From: Octopus vulgaris
Taxonomy: Eukaryota
Reading direction: 5' to 3'
Assembly: GCA_951406725.2 (NCBI GenBank)
Contig: OX597822.1
Span: 41,788,001 to 41,852,000 of the forward strand
Length of the DNA stretch: 64,000 nucleotides
Made by a program: the position numbers and the translations under genes. Positions 56,838-64,000 of this stretch are shown one piece after another. Positions within the stretch are counted from its first letter, which is position 1. Each line of letters opens with the position of its first letter. Under the pieces are notes generated by a model that was not told the origin of the DNA, did no database searches, and saw nothing but the letters and a program-made list of their open reading frames with translations.

Positions 56838-57539
56838 AGCTATTTATCAATCTGTCCATCCATTTATCCATCCATCACCTGTGATGCTTCACTCATTCCT
56901 GTAGATAAGTGATTGATGCTGTTCTCCTTGCAATACACACACACACACACACTCACACACACAATCTCTTCCTCTTTCATCCTTCTCTCTCTCTCTCTAT
57001 CTATCTGTACACATATTCACACATTTATTAGTCTAGGTAATTGAAACCTCTCACAATATTTCTTTCCCAACTTCTTCATTAATTAACAAAGATCTAGAAA
57101 GAAGCAGCAAAGTTCTTTTGCCTGTAATTCCCAATGCAATGACAGTACTAATGGAAACTATACATGCATGCATTAAGCAAGGGAGCTCCCTTATGACTAC
57201 ACCATCTTGTAGTAGTAGCATCTAAATCTCTTTCAAATTACATTGTACTCTCTGAAAAAGGGAAGATATATTAAATAATGTAGACTTAGAGTTTGTTTGG
57301 AAACAATGACAAGATGGTCATGGCTGGAACATCTTTGTTCCTAGAGGCTTTGTCAGATCTGAGATTCGTTCAAAGCTATGGATTTCCTCGGTCCCAAAAG
57401 ATGGTTACAACTAGATCATCTTTATTCAGAGAGGTCTCCTGAGTCCTACGACTTCTTTGAGGTTAAACAATAACAACTTGTGTGTCAACAGTGTGTCATG
57501 TAACAGAGGCAGTGTAGTGGAGTTCATCCCATTTTTCAC

Positions 57540-58342
57540 ATTTAACAACCATTTGATAGACATTATTTACGCACTAGTATACCATTAAGAAACTTGATGA
57601 AAATGTTGACTTTCTGTGTAGAAACTACCTACTTCAGTATGGACACTGATGTATATCAACAAGAAGAGGGTTTAGCTATGGGTTCACCATTATCACCGAT
57701 AATAGCCAATATATACATGGAATGCTTTGAGAATTTGGCTTTAGGATCAGTACCACTAAAACCAACTCTATGTCTGTGATATGTTGATGACATATACTCT
57801 GGCCCCACCAGGAAGATGTCCAAGTGCTGTTAGATCCCGTGAACTCAATAGAGCCAGTTCACAATGGAAAAGGAAAAAGACAATCAGTTGGCATTCCTGG
57901 ATGTATTAATAACATGCACCAAGTATGGATCAGGACATCCGTATACCGCAAGCTGACCTTCACTGAACGATACCTCAACTTCAATTCCCACCATCTATAT
58001 CGTGTAAAGAGAGGGACTGCTCAGTGCCTGAAACATCGAGCAAAGATACACACCACAAAGAAATGATCAAGCTCAGTAACAATCTATTAAGCAACAACTA
58101 CCCCAAAAGCATACTCTCCACTCCAATTATGAAGAAAAGAGAGGATGAAACTAATAAACTGTCCACGTCTGTCTACCCTATGTGAAAGGCCTCTCCGAAA
58201 AGATACAAAACATATCCGGCCCATATGACATCAGGACAGTATTCAAGAGTAATACAACACTTCACAAATATCTTCTTCAAGTAAAACCACCAATAGAAGA
58301 GAATATGACCCAAAACTGCATGTACTCCATTCCATGCAGCGT
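57540..58342 (+). mobile_element. Penelope-like element reverse transcriptase fragment (pseudogenised)
   Basis: YQQEEGLAMGSPLSPIIANIYME, YVDD, LAFLDV, VYRKLTFTERYLNFNSHH, LPYVKGLSEKI; stops and frameshifts. Confidence 0.9.
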
Positions 58343-60230
58343 AACAATTTAAACTCAGTATACTTTAACTTTAAGCATCTAACTTTCCAATTATAGGATG
58401 ATTTAAAGTAACCCTCTCTTAGCCAAGGTATGAGAACGTTCTGGCATAGCTGTTTGGCACTGCCTGTTTGGTGTTACTGGTTTGATACTTACATTTTTGA
58501 CATCAAGCATTTTAATGTTTCTCTCATTTTCTCTCTTTCTATTTATGTAAGTGAGCATCTGTTATGCTTGTATGTATGTGTATGGTCTCTCCCCTTCTCT
58601 CTCTCTCTCTCTCTTTCACTATCTCTGTACATATGTGTATATTTCTGCACATGTATGCACTTCTAGTGCCAAAATGTATTGTTGCCAAAACATGTTGAAT
58701 ATCCATCCAGTCAGCCAAGCCAAATCATCAATGTTTAAACTGCCACACCCAATCATCTTGTTCTGTTCTAGCCAGTACATTCACTAACTTATCAATTTTA
58801 AAACCAGACATAGGCAACTTCTACATGAGACTTAGCTCATCATCAAATGGGCTACACTACTAAAAAATTTCAAGAAAAGTTTTCATTAGGCATTCCATTC
58901 GGAAAGTACCATGGGCTGTAGTTTGCCTATGACTAGTTTAAAGTAATCGTTCCCTGACTAGTAATTTAGTGTCTTATTTTCCAGCCATAAGAGGGTTTAA
59001 ACTAACCACTCCCTAGCTTGTATGTTTAATATTTAACTTGCCAGCTTTATGAAATGACCACTCATTGGTTAATATTTTAGTATCTAATTTTCTGGCAATA
59101 GGAATGTTTAAATTAATCACTCTCGAGCCAGTAAGGTCACTAACTTCCTACTCCCTCTAAATGGAAATGGAAGCTGTCCACCAAAATGCTGCATACATTC
59201 TATATTTCTGTTAATTTTCAACATTTAGTGTCTGTTTCCCTAATGGCACAGTTATTTTACCCTAGAACTTATCAAACTAATTAGGAAGAAGTAATTAACT
59301 ACATAATCAACGAACCATATTTCCACAGGATTATTACACGGTTTACTTCCCAACTCTTGTGTTACCTCTCTACAACTTCTGTTGATACTCCCACCACTAT
59401 TATCACAGTATTTACAACTACCACTTCTACGCCCCACTCCTACTACTACTACCATCACTCCCACTTCTATAACTACTACCATAGTCTTCACTATGACCAC
59501 TGTTACAACCACATTAACTACAACTGCCATTACCACTTTTCAAACTACCATGGCCTTCACCATCAGACTTAATATAAATATTTTACAACTTAGTCAAAGG
59601 AGGCAACACTTCTCTCCCTTGACCTTTCTCATTGTTTCTGAGATTGGTGGGAAGAAGGGGGAGCAAGTTATCCTCAGGGCCAGAGACCTAGCCCAAATAC
59701 TTGCAGCAGAGTATTCCACAGTAAAGGCACTCATGTCAAATAGTGGTATTAAACCAGGTAACATGTTAAGTCATTAGCTAAACATACTTAGTAATATCAG
59801 ATATTTTTATGTTATTTTACACCCAGTTTCTTACGCTACCATAGAGGAGGTGGTGTATGTTTTAACAATAGTTAACAATAGCCATTTGCAACATCAGTGC
59901 CTGAAAAGTCACTGGAATTCTATGTAACATTGTCAGTGTGATTTGGTTGGTATGTGGCTTGCAGACAGCTGTGACTGGAAATGTATGTTGAAATCGCATG
60001 ATCTGGCAGTTCCAGTACCCATAACAGACAATTGTCATCCACGAGCGTTATAAATATGTTTACTTTTATGCACTATGCATTCATATGAGAGATCCTCTCA
60101 CGATAAACACCACAGAATTTGGCCTCATAACAAAACGTCCACATTAAGTTAGATATAAAGATTGCCTTTTGATATTAATACTGCTGCTATCACTAATAAT
60201 AGTTTAGCTTGTCTTTTAATATACTTGGGT

Positions 60231-60557
60231 GTGAGGACGTGTGGCTTAGTGGTTATGGCATTCAGCTCATGATCGTAAGGTTGTGAGTTCGATTCCTGGC
60301 GATGCATTGTGTCCTTGAGCAAGACACTTTATTTCACGTTGCTCCAGTCCACTCAGCTGGCAAAAATGAGTAGTACCTGTATTTCAAAAAGGGCCAGCCT
60401 TGTCACACTCTGTGTCACACTGAATCTCCTTGCGAACTACGTTAAGGGTACACGTGTCTGTGGAATGCTCAGCCACTTGCACGTTAATTTCACGAGCAAA
60501 CTGTTCCATTGATTGTATCAGCTGGGACCCTCGTTGTCGTAACCGACGCAGTGCTCC
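60231..60557 (+). mobile_element. tRNA-derived Meta/CORE-type SINE with 14-bp TSD
   Basis: A-box gtggcttagtgg, B-box gagttcgattcc, tgtgtccttgagcaagacactt domain; TSD taatatacttgggt at 60217-60230 and 60558-60571; older copy ~25770-26080. Confidence 0.85.
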
Positions 60558-61249
60558 TAATATACTTGGGTAAGTATTACTTACCATTGTCTCAGACTAA
60601 TCTCAGACTTGTAAGTAAAATTCAATAGATGGAACTGTTTCAGGGTTTGTCAGATGAATAGTAGCTGCAATTTAACCCTTTAGCATTTAAACTGGCCACA
60701 TCAAACCCATTTGTTCTACCTGTTTTATCTTCAAACAGGAGAGATCCAGACTCACATATCTACCCTACAATGTCATTCTAAAAATAAACTATCACATTAT
60801 TGAAATCTCAATGCTAAAAGATAATGCCTGATTAAGTCAAAACCATGTGGATAAATGGAAAGTAACCATTATATTTGATGGCCTTTTACATTGTCAAGCT
60901 GAGAATTATGTTTGAAGGTACAAATGTCTGTGATTTACTCAACCACACTTGCATGCTAATTCAGTGAACAGAGAGTTGAGTGAACAACTGAATAATCATT
61001 GTTGAAACAAACAAGAGTTCAATATCATTTAATTCCTGCATATGCATGTTTTCCTCTGACAGAAGTGTAAAAGACATAGTTACAAAATTCTGGCTCCTCA
61101 GCTATAAAATGCTAGAATTGAACCTGCATCCTACATACACCCACAAGCATATAAGCACAATAACATAGTCAAAATTTGATTATATACATATGACATAGAT
61201 AAAAACTGTTTTCTCTATATGTGAATGCCTGAGTGTATGTTTGTATGTG

Positions 61250-61280
<31 letters not shown>

Positions 61281-62145
61281 ATACATACACACACATCGTC
61301 TAAGTGTCTTGGCTCTAGAGGATACGGTAGGACAATTGTCATGTTGATGATACCTATTGAGGCAGAAACATGTGTCCACAATCATCATCTTATCATCTCC
61401 AGACTATAAACTTGATCTTTCCTGTAATGGCATATCAACTTTGGAAACCTCTTGAGATCATCTCCCCATCTCTTATGGTTCTGGGTTCAGTTACCAATTG
61501 GCAATTGTGTGTCACATCTCCTAAAGGTGGAGATAATTTTAATAAATCAAGAGTTTATATTGTATGTTCTTTGACACACCTATATTTGTCTTTGTTTTTC
61601 ATATACATACTGCTGGGTAGTTGTAGTTGTTTTTGCGCATTTTTCTTTAAATTATATGTGCATGTGTATGTGCCAACAATGGCAATATACAAATAATAAG
61701 GGTGGCAAGCTGGTACAATCATCAGCACACTGTGTGAAATGCTTAGCGGTATTTCATCTGCCGTTACATTCTGAGTTCAAATTCCACTGAGGTCGATTTT
61801 GCTTTTCATCCTTTCAGGGTTGATTAAATAAGTACCAGTTACACACTGGCATTGATATAATTGACTTAATCCCTTTGTCTATCCTTGTTTGTCCCCTCTA
61901 TGTTAAGCCCCCTGTGGACAATAAAGAAATAAATATACAAATATCATAATAATTGTTTTGAATGTAGATGGCACGTAATAGCACCCACTACACTCTCAGA
62001 GTGGTTGGCGTTAGGAAAGGTATCCAGCTGTAGAAACTCTGCCAGATCAGATTGGAGTCTGGTGCAGCCATCTGGCTCACCAGACCTCAGTCAAATCGTC
62101 CAACATGGAAAGCGGACATTAAGCGATGATGATGATGATATATAT

Positions 62146-62509
62146 AACAAAAATGCATCTGGAGAAAATCACATCTTTAATTGTAGATTTCACCTTACAA
62201 AGCAGACAGTTGTTTTTATTGTGTTAACTTATTTAGGTATAGAAAATATCATTGAAATTGATATTTCCAAAAATACATGTTAACATATTGTTTTCAAGGT
62301 AATCCAAAATTAGTTAAATAAAAAGTGCACTTTGAATTTAATCAATTTTGGATCACCTTGAAAACATTGTGTTAACATTTATTTTCGGATATATTAATTT
62401 CAATGACATTTTCTATATCTAAATGTGTTACCACAATAAAATCAATTGTTGGCTTTGTAAGGTGAATTTTACAATTAAAGATGTGGTTTTCTCCATATGT
62501 ATTTTTGTT
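62146..62509. repeat. 364-bp spacer-less imperfect palindrome (foldback element)
   Basis: Symmetric about aaagtg|cacttt (62327/62328) with colinear arms. Confidence 0.9.
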
Positions 62510-62889
62510 GTCTAATACTCTGATTTTCTCGAAATGCTTCTAAATGATATTTGGACCTACTACTTGTCCTACATGAGGATGTGTTTCCTACTTGCATTTC
62601 TTGGTATCTCATTGTTGGATATAGTTAACCAAATTCATTTAAAATTGAGTGCTTTATTGATATCTACCTGGATTTTTTGGGGCAAGTGTCTTCTACTATA
62701 GCCTTGTGAGTGGATTTGGTGGACAGAAGCTGAAAGAAGCCCATCATATATGTATATATATGTGTGTGTTTGTGTGGCCATGTCGTAAGAAGCCTGCTTC
62801 CCAACCACATGGTTCTAGGTTCATTTCCACTGCATTCAGTCCCATACGGACGCTAAACGATGATGATGATGATGATGATGATGATGATA

Positions 62890-62939
<50 letters not shown>

Positions 62940-63010
62940 GGGGTGGGATTCGCTACACACACACACACATATATATACTGTTTAAATGAGGTTTAATAAA
63001 CAGGTAAATA

Positions 63011-63109
63011 TAACACTACCTTTTCTAATTTATTTTCCAGGTGAGTGATACTACAGAACATTCTTCAGTATTTGAAGAAACCAGTCCCCATTTTATTGGT
63101 CAGGTAAGG
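63011..63109 (+). other. Candidate recursive splice site / 63-nt exon (63041-63103)
   Basis: ccttttctaatttattttccag|GTGAGT ... ggtcag|gtaagg; open only in phase 0 (VSDTTEHSSVFEETSPHFIGQ). Confidence 0.55.
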
Positions 63110-63549
63110 GGATTCTGTTTACTCTTGTTGTCTCCAATCCATTCAACTGTCTCTTGTTATAACGACAGGGCTGAAAAAAAGTTACTTGTGCCTACACATT
63201 TTTACATTCCTTTCTATCAAACTGCACACACCTTTACCACTTATTTTACATACCTTTACATATACCCAGATTAAGTTTTTGCAAGTGTCTATTGATAACT
63301 GGAAGCCATCAGTTATATTTTCAAAGCTTAAAAAGATAAATATATATGAAATTAATGGCGTTTAAGATTTAAACAGCTGCTTTATATAATTTCTTGGAAA
63401 GTAATTTTTCCAATACATCAATTAAATTGTGAGTTCTTGATGTCCTCAAGAGCATCATTATCTAAATCATTAATTCTCATTAAAAATGGTATGGAAGACA
63501 ATCCAGAATTTGAATCAAAATTGGACTATAACAAGGAGTGAATCTAATC

Positions 63550-63700
63550 CAGGCATAGGCAACCTTTTTTCAGAAGTAAGCCACCTGAGACACAGCTAAA
63601 CATCAAGTGGGCCTTTATGCTAAAAAAAAGTGATGGTTATTTTTCATTAGGCATGCTATTCAGAAAGACCCATGGGTCACACTTAGCCCATGACCGGTCT
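63550..63700. mobile_element. Short hAT-like MITE; related copy ~58805-58935
   Basis: caggcataggcaac start; shared catcaa.tgggc and ttttcattaggcat..attc.gaaag internal motifs. Confidence 0.5.
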
Positions 63701-64000
63701 AATATCAACAGTAAGAGTAACAACTCTAGACATGTTTAAGTCTTATTAAACCTCATCAGTAAAATGTACAGAATTAGTCATTTGGGTAATGATTGTGCTC
63801 AAAGTTATAATTTTGAAAAACAAGTTTTTGTCTTACCTTCAAGCATGGCAGCACTCACTTTAAAGTTATGTTTTCATGCAGACTGTATCTCAGATATTTT
63901 CCTCCAGCCTTCTAAACTACAAAACACCGCAGTTTTTATTGAAAAACACACCTGTACACTTCTTTAGTTAATCTAAGATTCAACAGTCACAGTTACACTA

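Noticed and set aside
59382-59777. Thr-rich mucin-like ORF
   Set aside because: Degenerate (ACT/ACC)n low-complexity DNA without splice support
60231-60310. tRNA-like sequence with A and B boxes
   Set aside because: SINE head continuing into a SINE body with TSD; no complete cloverleaf
60565-60580. Consensus donor gg|gtaagt
   Set aside because: Lies in a SINE target-site duplication with no upstream exon

Overview
AT-rich, microsatellite- and repeat-dense eukaryotic DNA. The SINE, RTE and Penelope families plus the (TA)n/(CA)n/(AAT)n/(GAT)n tracts look like an octopus (coleoid cephalopod) genome; this is an inference from repeat motifs, not a database result. Most of the window looks intronic or intergenic, and nearly all supplied ORFs are microsatellite or repeat artefacts. 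One credible host coding exon lies on + (ATG 34002, donor after 34320), at the end of a ~3.3 kb transposon-free block. Two strong 3'ss|5'ss junctions (cag|GTGAGT at 14188/14189 and 63040/63041) look like recursive-splicing points of a long-intron + strand gene. The strongest non-coding signal is a perfect 131-bp inverted repeat (6418-6548 / 6910-7040) in which each arm carries a type I hammerhead ribozyme fold. Other content: a degenerate hammerhead behind a Penelope GIY-YIG remnant, a Penelope RT fragment, RTE and R4/Dong LINE fragments, at least four SINE-like families, piggyBac-, Tc1/mariner- and hAT-type MITEs, a 364-bp spacer-less palindrome and many local minisatellites. Repeat boundaries were read by eye and are approximate unless TSDs or TIRs are quoted.
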